From positions 186,001-250,000 of the forward strand of contig NW_026250435.1 in assembly GCF_024521635.1 (NCBI RefSeq): a DNA stretch of 64,000 nucleotides, given 5' to 3'. Each line of letters begins with the position of its first letter. Within the stretch, counting starts at the first letter, position 1. Shown here one piece after another: positions 25,491 through 37,026 of the stretch. The notes beneath the pieces are model-generated. The model worked only from the letters and a program-made list of their open reading frames with translations, did no database searches and was not told where the DNA came from. The position numbers were made by a program, and so were the translations under genes. Source of the stretch: Tricharina praecox. Lineage: Eukaryota.

Positions 25491-26126
25491 GAAGGTGAAT
25501 TTGGCTAGTGGTGGACATCAACGTTGATGGTGAGAGACGCAAAAATAGGTGATAGTTCAAAATCAGGATCAATTCCAGGAAAAACTTAAAAGGGCGAAAG
25601 GTAGCGATCAGAGAAACAGAAGAAAGGAAGGCGAGCGGGCCCCTCTTTATAGTTACAGCGGCGAGAACAGAACGTTTGGAGCACTGCATCAGGTCGCCGC
25701 AACAACAATCAAAACAATCAAAACAATCACCTCCGCAACAGCTGGTCTCGATAGGTCCGGCCAAAATCCGGCCTCGAAGTAATGAGTCTCACTTGAGTCC
25801 CACAATTCCCTGCTGAGACCGATCCAGTCCTCAATTGCCCCGAAAGCTGGTCTCACCTAGGTCATACAAAGTCACACTCTTGTCCGCACTTGCTCCAGTC
25901 AACCGGCACTCTCCGGCACGCCAAGCCACCCTTTTTCCCTGCGTCGGCCATGCTGCGTCGGCCATGCTGCGTCGGCCAAACGAAGAGGGGGAGCAGTTTG
26001 AAATCCCGAGTTTCCGGGTAATGGGTGACTGTTCGACACACCACCTTCAACTCGGGAAACTGCATATTGTCGACTGAGCACAACTTTACAAATAAACTCT
26101 ACGGACAACCACCAGTAAATACCACC

Positions 26127-26198
26127 GCAGCCCCGCAGCCCCGCAGCCCCGCAGCCCCGCAGCCCCGCAGCCCCGCAGCCCCGCAGCCCCGCAGCCCC
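26127..26198. repeat. Perfect tandem repeat (GCAGCCCC)x9
   Basis: Read directly from the sequence: 72 bp, 8-bp unit. Confidence 0.95.
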
Positions 26199-26581
26199 GA
26201 AGTCAGAAAAAATTGTGACGTGCTGTTGAACATCTGGGTTGCCGAACTAGTCATCAGGGGAGTTGAAAGTTTGCAGCTGCAGCTTTGGTAACCTTCAACA
26301 AATGCCCGAAGAGAGCAGTGGAGAGAAATTTCGGACTTTGCCAGCGCGACTTCAACGAGACCGGCTGTATGGACAGAGATTTGATCCCAAGAGGCGAATG
26401 ATATCATATGAACCATCATCTTACCGTCTCACGTTCGTCGCGCCAACCGCCTTCGCCACCGCCACCTCCAGCCACACAAAACCTTCCAACCAGCCATGAC
26501 TAACCAGTCCTCACTGCCCGCGGAACTTCCCGTACACCTACTTTACCACGCCCTGCTCGAGTCTACATATCCAGACACACG

Positions 26582-27018
26582 ATGACGACCGCCGCCACGC
26601 CCGCCGCGCTTTCAGCCTACCGCACGCTACTCCGGAGCATAAAGCTCACGTTCGCGAACGATGCACGGATGCTCACCGCGGCAATGACCGAGTCTCGCGA
26701 CATCTTCCGCTCGCGCAGTCACGTCTCCGGCGCCGAGCAGGACGAGCATCTCAAGCATGCCCGTGAAATCGCTGATGTGTTGAGAACAAATGTTGTTCAG
26801 GGGGAGAGGATAAGTGAAAGCGAGGAGGCTTACAGTGAGTACAACCTACTATGGAAGGGAGGCAATGGGTATGCGCCTGCGGAGGGCTAACGGGTTTCTC
26901 AGAATTGAGGATACACGATGCTACGGAGAAGGGGGATAATGAGAGTATCAAGAAGGCACAGCAGTCATTGGGGAAGACACCCGGGTCACCTGGGCCTGGG
27001 AAGTGTTGCTCAGCATGA
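26582..27018 (+). CDS. MZM1: Mitochondrial zinc maintenance protein 1 / LYRM7, the Rieske protein chaperone of complex III. Exons 26582-26834, 26903-27018
   Basis: LYR-type motif AYRTLLRSIKLTFANDARMLTAA; LRTNVVQG; spliced YKLRIHDATEKGDNESIK; ends KCCSA. Intron GTGAGT..GCTAAC..CAG. Confidence 0.9.
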
Positions 27019-27288
27019 GGGGAAAATTGAATTGTAAGATAAGACGCTGCCTGGCGTCATAGGAGACCGTATTTTGTACCATATGATGGTATCATCAAGC
27101 GCAGCCTTCATTGCATGAATCCATCAGTATCCTACATCTATTATGGCTAAATGACAATGCATCGATTCCCCAACGCCCTACCTAAGCATGTACCGGACCA
27201 AAGCATTATCGTATGAAAGACCAAACAGGCAGGCATGAAACATCGCGATACAATATAACAGCATAGTAAACTCTTCTCAACGCCCGCC

Positions 27289-28473
27289 CTAGGCATTGAT
27301 TTGACTCGGGTACTTGGCATCATCTTCCTCGCCTGGCGGCTTCGCAATGACAAAATTCAATGATTGAACGCGTCTCTCCTGGGGCTTCTCCCCGGCCTCC
27401 CGCTCGACCGGCGCCGCATTATTGCCTGAGGACCTGCCAATACTTGCCGCCTGCGAACGGTCGATGTTGCCCAGCGGTCTTGGCTTTCCCCATTGAATCC
27501 TGAGCGGACAACCACCAATGACGGCTTTGCCTTGACACGATTCCGCCGCAGCCTCGGCACCGGTGCGGCTACCGAAGTTGACGAATGCACATCGCGAACG
27601 GTGAACACAGACGATGCTTTTGATCTGACCGAAAGCGGAGAAGAAGGTGCGGATGTGGTGTTCGGCAAGATCATCTTCCACTCTGCGAATTCACTGTCAG
27701 CCCGATTCGACGCCTAGGTGAGATGAGACTTACCCCATGAGGAACAATGATGTGATGCTCTGGTCTTCAGGTGGTGCAATATCCCCAGGTCCAGGCGGAA
27801 GTTGATTGGCATTCGGGAATCTCCCGCCTCTTCCTCCTCCCCTACCACCTCTCGCACCACCACGTCCACCTGCACCGCCTCTACCGCCTCCTCCTCCTCC
27901 TCCTCCGCCAGCACCGCCTCCTCGCTGATTTCTCACCGGTCCCGGACCGCCTGTAAGTCTTTTCTGCTCTCCAGAGCCGGCACTCGAACTCTCGCCATCA
28001 TCCCCTTTTCGTCGCTTGTAGTAGGGCTCACTATTCGCCAGTCTCTTCAACAGGTCCCTAGCCGCGCGATCGGTCTTCTCGTACTCCTCCGGCACATCCC
28101 CATCCTTCAGTTCGCCCTCATGATTCTGGGCATAGTACTGTTTGTTGATATCGCTCTGGGGGCCCTGGGCGACAAGCTTCAACGCGGCGTCTCGAATCGC
28201 GATCGGCAGTCCGAACGACAGATCCAGCATGCAGCACTGGCAGCAGTTCTTCAATCGCGCACACGTAAGACAGATGTTGGTTTTCTTGTTACGGACAGTT
28301 CGGTCGACGCTCCAGCGGAAAACGGTGAAGGGACGCGTGCAGATCTTGCATTCCATCCCCGACTCTTCTTTGATCATCTGGATGTAAGGGTTCGTGCCGA
28401 GACAGTTTTCGCAGACCGACGGAAAGTCGGCGGTTTCGCGACCGGAGCGGTTGACATCTGCTTTTGGAGGCAT
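27289..28473 (-). CDS. SLT11: Pre-mRNA splicing factor SLT11/ECM2 (RBM22 family). Exons 28473-27734, 27682-27289
   Basis: [67 protein letters not shown], an RGG tract, then an RRM ([27 protein letters not shown]). Confidence 0.95.
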
Positions 28474-29026
28474 AGCTGGGGTTGTAGTCGTTTCGGTGTG
28501 TAGGGTTCGTGTATGTGTGTTGTGTCTGGTTGACTTTCCTCCGTACTGAAGATCGGTTGGGTGGCATTGGCAGTGACGCGGAGAACGGGTAACATAAGCT
28601 TTGGGTGATCCTGCTCTTCTAGCCTTCTTGCTGACAACGCCGCTGTCATTCACGTTGTTTTTTGGGTTGCATGCAGCTTAGCTAAAAAATCATTCACGTG
28701 AGAATAAGATGCGAGTAATCATGGATAATTGGGTGATACGCAGTGAGGCAATTCAATTTAGAATTGGGCAGTACTCAAGCAAACAAAACCAAACGCCCTC
28801 CGAACAGCACACCTCTCATCTAACGCTGTGCAACCCTATACAACCCGAAGAAAACAAAAAACAAAACCGTAACACGCCCCGCAATAGCCCGTCGGGCCAC
28901 TTAGCACTAGAGGAAAATGAAAATGCAGTAAACAGGTAAGTATCCAAGTAATGCAAATGTGAAGCCAAACGCCTATCCAACCCCATCACTCATGCCATCC
29001 ATTTACTGTTTCGCTCGGTAAAGGTG

Positions 29027-29818
29027 CTACTCCGTCATGATGACATCCTCGCCCTCGATCATAGGCGGCAGCGGCGTGTTCTCGACAACACGGACCATCT
29101 CACGCTTCTTGCTGCGGCAATCGCGATCCCTGGGAATACCTTCGCCAAACGGGGCCACCTCCGTCTTCAGAGTACGTGACTTCTTTGCCAGGGGTTGAGG
29201 GGCGCGTTCATTCTCCTGGATGTAGAAACGGCGAAGAAGCATGATAGCCTCGTCGTGGTTGATTCCGCCGTGGATCGGATACTTGGGATCGACACCCTTT
29301 CCTTCGTGAATGTGGAGGACGCCACCACATCCACCGAAGCGGTCGTTAAGGCATCCAAAGAAAACACGACGGATGTGGAGCTGGCGAAGTGCAGAAGCGC
29401 ACATGACGCACGGCTCGACAGTCACATAGAGGTCGGTGTCGGCGAAGATCTCGGGGGGCGAGGTGCGAAGGATCGATTCGATAGCGATAAACTCGGCGTG
29501 ACGGGTGCCCTGAAGAACAGAAATAAATGTTAGACATGCAGGAAGTTAAGCTACGAGAGGGAGGAGGCTAGAAGATGTTACACAAAGCGAGCGGTTTGTA
29601 TCGTTCATTCCGCGACCAATGATCTCTCCATTACGCACAAACACGCAGCCGACAGGGACCTCATCTCCGCGTAGCGCATTCTCGGCCATTTCCAGAGCGG
29701 CACGCATGTACTGGAGGTGAAAGTCGTCCTCGTGGTCTGGGAGGATCGCATCCTCTTCGGACTTCTCTTGAGGGCTGTCGACCATCTGAGAGCTCTCGAC
29801 GAGCTGGGCGGGAGACAT
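29027..29818 (-). CDS. TAD2: tRNA-specific adenosine-34 deaminase catalytic subunit. Exons 29818-29582, 29509-29027
   Basis: EVPVGCVFV..GMNDTNRSLC|GTRHAEF..LYVTVEPCVMCASAL..GCLNDRFGG..LLRRFYIQENERAP. The HAE and PCxxC zinc-deaminase motifs are intact. Confidence 0.95.
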
Positions 29819-30142
29819 CGTGAACGAAGGACTGAGTGGGAAGGTGTTGGAGTAACGGTAGATTCGTCGGAGCGAGCCCCTCAAAATGGTATGGAGTCTT
29901 CTCAAGGTAGGTGGTTGGCGGGTTGATGGTGGTGTAAGGAAGGTGTGGGTGTTGGTCAAGGTGAAGCCTAGAATGTGCTCTACCGGCGGGAGTGACCCTT
30001 CAAAAGTGAAGTGGCATAAATTAAGCTCGTGGTCCGTGCACCAACGAAGAGTTACCCGGCGACCGCGCTTCAGTTTCAAGACTCAGAGACTAGTAAAGCT
30101 CACGTCTTCCTGTCACACTTGCTTCAAGCTACAAACCACGCC

Positions 30143-31804
30143 ATGGCACCAACAACAATAAAAGGGTATAATAATTGCCACTCCCATGTCCTCTTTTTTC
30201 CCCGCCTTACTGACCATATAATAGCTTTGATGATTATCTCCAGGTAGCCACCTTATCGCCACTGCTCGCGTGCTTTTCCTCTGCTGGCGAATAATAGTGA
30301 CCAACTCGCTCCAGAACCTATCATCCAAAACCTTCCAGACGCTGTATCAACAGCCAGCCACCGCGCTCGCAATATTTCGGCGAATGCTACCTAGCCTCGG
30401 TAGGCTCCTACGTCTTTCCTGAAGGCAGGTGTGATTTCTGATGTGGTATAGCCAAGATTTTCGTGACGACCCTTCTCTACAATGAACTCCCGATCCCGCT
30501 CGCAGAACTCCAAGCGTGGGTGAAGACGGAGAGCTATCGGTAGCTACCATCTCCTCGCCGAGCTGTATATCCAAGCTGAAAACCGCGACAGAGAACGCGA
30601 AGATGCATTTTCGAAGCTACGGCGACTACACATGACGCAAGAGGACGGCGGCAACATTTTCCTAGACCCGGTTTTCAAACGGAACTTTCGCCTGGCGTTG
30701 ACGGGCGGCGGAAACCACTATTCGTTCGGTGTACCCGTAGATACCTCGGAGGATAAGAAGAAGGTGACCGTCGCGCACCTCGACAGCTATGCCGCCAACC
30801 AGTTCGACTGCATCTTGCACTACATGGTAGAGCCAACGGGGCCGCGGCAACCGAATCAGGGTGTCAAGATGCTACTTGCGACCAGTGGTCTGATGAACAA
30901 CAACGCAGGCTCGAGGGGTTTTCCACCAAAGATCACCCAAACCGGCTTCTCGTTCATCTTGCAAGAGGGAAATGCCCAAATTTGGGTACTACTGATCCAG
31001 TATCTCGAGATGTGTGAGAATCTGGCAATGGAGAAAACCGACGTGCTTCATTTCCTTCTCATGCTTGGATCTCTGGAACTGGGACAAGCTTACAGCACCG
31101 AGACCCTAACAGAAACGCAAATTAAAGTTCTAGCAGACCTCCGCGACTACGGCGTGGTCTATCAGCGTAAAAGTACTCCTGACCGCTTCTATCCCACGCG
31201 GCTAGCAACAACATTAACTTCCGACGTCACCGGACTGCGCACCGCCGCCGCCTCCTTCGCTCACGCCCTTGCAGCAGTCCCCGGCGCAGCCCCTACAGAA
31301 CCAGCCCCAGAGGACCAGGGCTTCATAGTGATCGAAACCAACTACCGCGTATACGCCTACACCAATTCCCCGCTATCTATCGCGATCCTAGATCTCTTCT
31401 CCAAGCTCGGAGGTCGTTTCCCCAATCTTGTCACCGCAAAACTCACGCGCGCATCGATCCAGCGCGCAATTGCAAACGGCATCACGGCGGACCAGATCAT
31501 CGACTACCTGAAATCGCACGCGCACCCGGTGATGCGCAAGAACTCGTTGGTGCTCCCGCCCACTGTTGTCGACCAGATAAGACTGTGGCAAATCGAGGGC
31601 GAGAGGATGAAGACTACCACGGGCTTTCTGTTCAAGGATTTTGCGACGGCTTGGGACTTTGAGGATACGGCAAAGTATGCGGAGGATCACGGGATCCTCA
31701 CGTGGAAGGATGCGAAGAAGAGGTTGATGTTTGTTACGCGTACGGAGCAAATTGTAGATTACCTCACCAGGCGTGATAAGCAGAGGGGCCAGGCTACGAG
31801 ATAG
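30143..31804 (+). CDS. TFB2: TFIIH core subunit p52. Exons 30143-30165, 30225-30243, 30315-30399, 30452-30539, 30592-31804
   Basis: Spliced N-terminus ..FDDYLQNLSSKTFQTLYQQPATALAIFRRMLPSL; ITQTGFSFILQ, FYPTRLATTLTSD, IVIETNYRVYAYT, GITADQII.YL..HAHP, PPTVVDQIRLWQIE. Confidence 0.95.
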
Positions 31805-31978
31805 CATTGGATGGGTGTATTTCGTTTTTGGGGTTATGGCGTTCGGATTCGTGGTATCTAGATTAGCACACTTGAATAAACTTTTTCTTGTTCGGAAAAA
31901 CAACTGGCTTTATTGCATAGACCCGCGACACTTTCATCGAACACCTGATTTTGCTATCTACAGAAGCCCATCCTACAT

Positions 31979-34900
31979 CTACTGCGCCCCCTTCTTCAAA
32001 CTCTCCATCTTCGTAACCGTCATCTCGTAGACATACCTGCCCAGATGCTCGACGCCTTCCATAACTGCGGTCGCCGCCTCCGACTTCTCGCCCTCCGCCC
32101 TCTCAGTCGGCCACATTTCGCCGGTGACAAGCTCCAACTTCCCTTCGCCGGTGCCCTGCAACCTCCTAAACGCCTCTTGTAGTTCAAAGCAGCTCTCAAA
32201 CACCTCCCTCCGGCCAAGTACATACAGACCCAACCTAGCTCTCGAAAACGCGACCGTCATACGGCGGATATCCCTCAGGTATCCTACGCGCTTCGTACGC
32301 ACCAACGAGAGGATGACATAGTCATTCTGTTCGCCCTGGTATTTATCGACGGTGGTAACGATGCGTGGCATTCCAAACAGCGGGCTGTCCCTGCACCTGC
32401 GAACGAGGACATCGCGAATAAGCGCGCGCTGCCCGACATAGGGTGTAAGGATCGAAATCTTGTCAGCCGGGTAGTCGAGTAGTCGCATATACATGTATAT
32501 TGCGACTGCATATTCTGCCTCGCCCAGATTCTGAACAAAGTGTTTTGTCGGCTCGATCTCGCCAGAGCCTTTGTAATCCGGCACATCGATGAATTGGTAC
32601 TCGTGGGCGAAGCCAGCGTTGGCCGTTTGAAATTCGGGGGATTGCTGGAGAATGGAAAGGTTGGTGAGGTTTTTGTAGCGCCAGGCGTAGAGGTTTGCTA
32701 TTGAGGAGCGGGCACGGCCCTGCTGGTCGAGGTTGATTTGAGGGACGCCGAGTCGGACGAGGCGCGCGAAGAGTGATTGATCCAGATTTGCGTATTGTTT
32801 TAACGGGAGGTTCTGAAGGATCGGCGAGTTTTGGAGGTGATCACCGCAGAGGACTACTCGTTGAAGGGGCAACTCAGAGTTGATCGGCTTTTGGAGCGCA
32901 AGAGGGATGAAGGTTTCGATTTCGGTGATCTGCGCTGCTTCTTCCATGACTATATTGTCGTAGTGGAATCCTAGCTTGGTGATATCTTGACGCTATTGGG
33001 GTTAGAACGTGGGCGGATTGCTGTTTGGGGGATATGAACATACCTTAATTGCGGCGTGAGTAGAAGTCATAGCGATTATCCTGGCCTCTTTCTTGAGGAG
33101 GTAATTTTGGCGATCACGAGGAGTCCGGAGGAGCTCAAACGGTCGGATATCTTCCAACTCAGAGAAGAGCTTTTGGATGTGTCTGTAGCCGCCTTGAGCA
33201 ATCTCCAACGCCTTATCGAAGGATATGCCATCGGGAAACATGGGAGACGACGTGTTGGAGAAGTAATGACTGAATGGGTATGCATCGCGAACCATCTCGG
33301 CGGTTGCTTCATCACCAGCATTTGCCAACGCCTCTTCAAATATGCTCCAGGCGGGAGGGACATAAACCTGATTGAAGTAGTCGGCAGTTTCGCAGGAGTC
33401 TCCATGTGCACCCGGAGCACCAAGAGCAGCAGCTAGTCGGTCAACCTCGGCCAAGAGGCGAGTCCGGTTGTCCATGAATGATTCAACCCTCCCTTGCTTG
33501 CTGTAACTAGACGCTGTATTGAGCCCCTCTTCGCCGTGCCCCAGTCTTAGGAGATGCCTCTCATCGATATCAAGGGCAGTGATCTTCTCGAACAGCTGAT
33601 TCAAAGCCTGATTGCTGTGCGCGATAAGCAACGTCCGCTGGTTTGGATAGTTGTGGTAGATATTACTGATGATCTGAGTCGCCACATCCGTTTTTCCGGT
33701 TCCAGGAGGGCCAACGATTACCGTCAGGCCCGGGTTTGTACCAGACTGGATGGCCTTGATCTGTGTCGGTGTGAATCGGGTCATATTCATTTTCGGCTGA
33801 TCAATTGGATACGGTCCCATGTTTGGAACCTTGTAGGTGGAAACTCCGAGAGGCTTGTTTGCCTGTGAAGAATCACCCTGGTCACGACGTCGCTTCTTGG
33901 TCAACTTAGGTTCGGGGGTGGTAGACTTCTGGGCAAGAACGTATGGTGGAGTTGAGCCCTCCACCGTGTCGTCTTCGGGCTGTATTGTCTATTATTTGTT
34001 AGTTTAAATCACTATTGTTGGAATAAATAGTATTCACCAGATCAGGAAAGCTCTCCAGCAGATGCTGCCAGTCAAGGAACGTGTCACGGAAATCGACTTT
34101 CCGGGGGCAGTTGGGGAGATTGGTAGCACCAGCGGGATCTCCATAGCCTAGGAAGACTTCCTGTAGCCATATAGGCATCGGTACATCCGTCTGGGTTAAT
34201 TCTTGGATCGACTCGAGAACTGGCTTGAAGTTGTTTTCCTATTCGCTGTTAGACCGCGCTGGCAGCAGGAGATGCATTCAAGTACCCACCCTTCCTTTCC
34301 GACGGATGATAACATTGACTGATTCGTAGGTGTCTGGCTTTCCCGACTTCACGTGATCACTATCAATCTACCAAGGTCATATCAGCACTCATCTTCGTAG
34401 CAGGGCGAAACAGCATACCTGATACATATCGGTATCCAGCTTGAGGTGCAAACGGCACTGTCCACCAGAACTTCTGACCCTGCCCTCTCCTGTTCCAAGG
34501 TGGCGGCCTTGAGCGTCGAGCACAGACACAACCTCTGCCGCTCTAAGACATCGGATACCGTATTTTTCGACCAAGCTGAATTTCTCGGATCCGCCGTTGG
34601 TGATCATCTTATCACTCTCGTCCGTACCTTTGACACCCAGGAGAAACACTACGTCGTCTGACCGTAAAGATTCCCATTCCTTCCTTACCTCCGGAGAGAG
34701 CCGGCTGAGATCTAAGCTGACTTCTGCACGAACGGCTGCCGGCTTCTCTTCTCCGACCTTCGGGGGCAAGACTTCTAGGATCCTGCTACTTGTGAGTATT
34801 TTGCTAGACGTACCAAAGAAAATGATGGAAATACGTACGATGGACGGGTGATTGTGAGAGCCATTTTCGAGAAGCCGTGGAAAGAAGTCTCCATTGACGG

Positions 34901-36508
34901 ATACGTAATCTTGGGAGCCAACTTCTTCAGAGAGTCTTCGATGTTCTGGCGAATGCCGTAGAATGCTTCATGTCTATACAAGAGAAACGACCTCCACAGA
35001 AAGTCTCCAACCGTGAGATACTGCAGGTTCAACTTGGGAATAGCTAATGGCCTGGAGCCGTCGTAATTGTTATCGCGAATGAATGATTCATCAAACAGAG
35101 TGCTCTCGTTCGGCAACACAGTCATAGACTTGGTCTGCTCTTGGAAGGTCTGCCGACGCTCATGAACACAAATGATCGCCTCTGTCAGAAACTCTCGGTC
35201 TACCGAGAATCCAACAGATTTAGGATACGAAGTTCGCAATCCCAATTTCTTACACAATTCTATCAGTTCTTCGTCGGCAAGGTCGGCCAGGTGACCAACG
35301 AGCTCGTCCCGCTGTCCAAGGTTGCCAAAGTTGGCCAACGCTAAGATCAAGAGCTTCTCTTTGAAATATTTGAACGCAATCCTTTGCAGTCTTGCCAACT
35401 GAGCATTGTGCAGCTGTCGAACTTCCTCGCGAGACAGCTGTAGCCCAGTTATGTCGTCGATCGAGAAGTGGACAAAGTGTTCCAACAGGCCGTGCAGATC
35501 CCGCAGGAGACCGTCCTCCGATTTGACGTAGAGAGGAGAGAGCTTGATGACAGTCAAGACGTGGAGGTCTTTCAGCAAGAAGTTAACGTAACGCCTTGTC
35601 GGGAGTTGAGACTCAAGGTCCGTTAGCAGCTCAACGAAGCGCTCGCAGTACATCACGACCTCTCTTGGGTCGTCCTGTTGGTTTAGCGGCTTGTACAGCA
35701 GGGTGAGAAAGTCTAGCGCCATCTGGTATAGCCATGATCTCTCGAATCGTAACCGTGTCTTCGTAGCATCATCCCCCGCTTCGAAGCGCTTTCCTGCCGC
35801 CCTCCACGCCTTTCTTGTCTGGGGATATTTTTCTAGCTGTGTATTCCTCACTTCTTCGGAAGACAGATGATTCCATACTGCTATGGAAACCAGCGACGCG
35901 CACTCTTTCCGCACCAAAATGCTATCCAGTGACTGGAAGGCGATCACGACGAAGCTCAGTAGGTGAATGCGGACCGAAAGCGGCAACGTCTGGTCGATGC
36001 ACATTGAGAGAACTCGTCGGAACAGGATCGAAAAGTTCGCAGGTGGCGATGCGAGGTGTTCTACGCGGTTGTCAGTACATAGCGCTTGATTTCGACAAAC
36101 TCGCCTAGAGTGATCCTACCCCATATTGGCATCCCCTCTCGTCGCTTCACATTGATCATCAACGAGATCAAGATGATGTGTATATTGGACGCTTCATCGG
36201 AGAAATTGGGCCACAGAAACCTACAGAACCGTCAGCAGCGCTTTGCCGGGGATGTTCTAGCGAGATCACGCCTACTTCTCCAAAATCTGTAAGTTCTCTA
36301 GAATCAACAGCGCCTTCAGTCCGAAGTTTTCCTTCTCCAGTACATCGTAGAAATCCGTCTTCAGGACCTCCGGATTGAACTTTGCCGGCTTCTCCCGCAA
36401 CCACCAACGTCGCGCAGCCTGCGCGAAATGGCCGTCGCCGTGAAGTTCCTGCATTGTCGGTCGTCCATCGTCGGTATCCAGGGTATTCCGAGTAGGCGCT
36501 TTGCTCAT
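31979..36508 (-). CDS. AQR: Intron-binding spliceosomal SF1 RNA helicase Aquarius/Cwf11; ~8 exons
   Basis: YCERFVELLTDLESQLPTRRY, LAIPKLNLQYLT, RRKGR|ENNFKPVLE, VGPPGTGKTDVATQII, IAMTSTHAA, MEEAAQI, NLGEAEY, TVDKYQGEQND, VAFSRARLGLY. Canonical introns near 36275, 36119, 34838, 34418, 34290, 34037 and 33043. Confidence 0.95.
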
Positions 36509-36852
36509 GATAATATCTTGCGTAGGTATTCTTTCGTTCTGGATTGGCCGTGATCGAGGAAAACGAGGCGCGACGAGGGTTAATGGATTTGGCGTCAGTG
36601 GATTGATGCTTAGACGTGTCGTTAAAAGCGCTAGCGTGTTCCTCGAAGTCTTGGCATCTATGACGCTACTGCTTCACGTGATCTTAGGGCACTAACAAGC
36701 GACACGCTCCACACTACACTTCTCAGTTCGCGCTTTAAGAAACTCCCCCAACGACACCACCTTCCTCCTTCCTTCCTCCTCACGACACCATCGACAGAAG
36801 CTTCCTCCACAATCTTCGCTCCGATACAATTAGCACTTCTCTACTCGCATTT

Positions 36853-36958
36853 CGCACCCAACTCATTCGCTCCTCCTCGACTCGCGTTGTCGCATCCATC
36901 TCATTCGCTCCTCCTCCACTCGTGTTGCCGCACCCAACTCGTTCGCTCCTCCTTCACC
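36853..36958. repeat. 38-bp imperfect tandem repeat, ~3 copies, in the AQR/THOC1 divergent intergenic region
   Basis: CGCACCCAACTCATTCGCTCCTCCTC.ACTCG.GTTG. units start at 36853, 36891 and 36929. Confidence 0.9.
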
Positions 36959-37026
36959 GAACCGCTTCCCGAGCTTAACGACGCACCGCCCAGAACTTCC
37001 TTCGCACGCATTCTCAACTCAATTAA

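Noticed and set aside
25740..25860. GGTCTC/GAGACC motifs as possible transposon ends
   Set aside because: No extended inverted repeat or target-site duplication could be identified.
34783..34790. Tandem TAGCAG (NAGNAG) acceptor in an AQR intron
   Set aside because: Common feature that would change only one residue.
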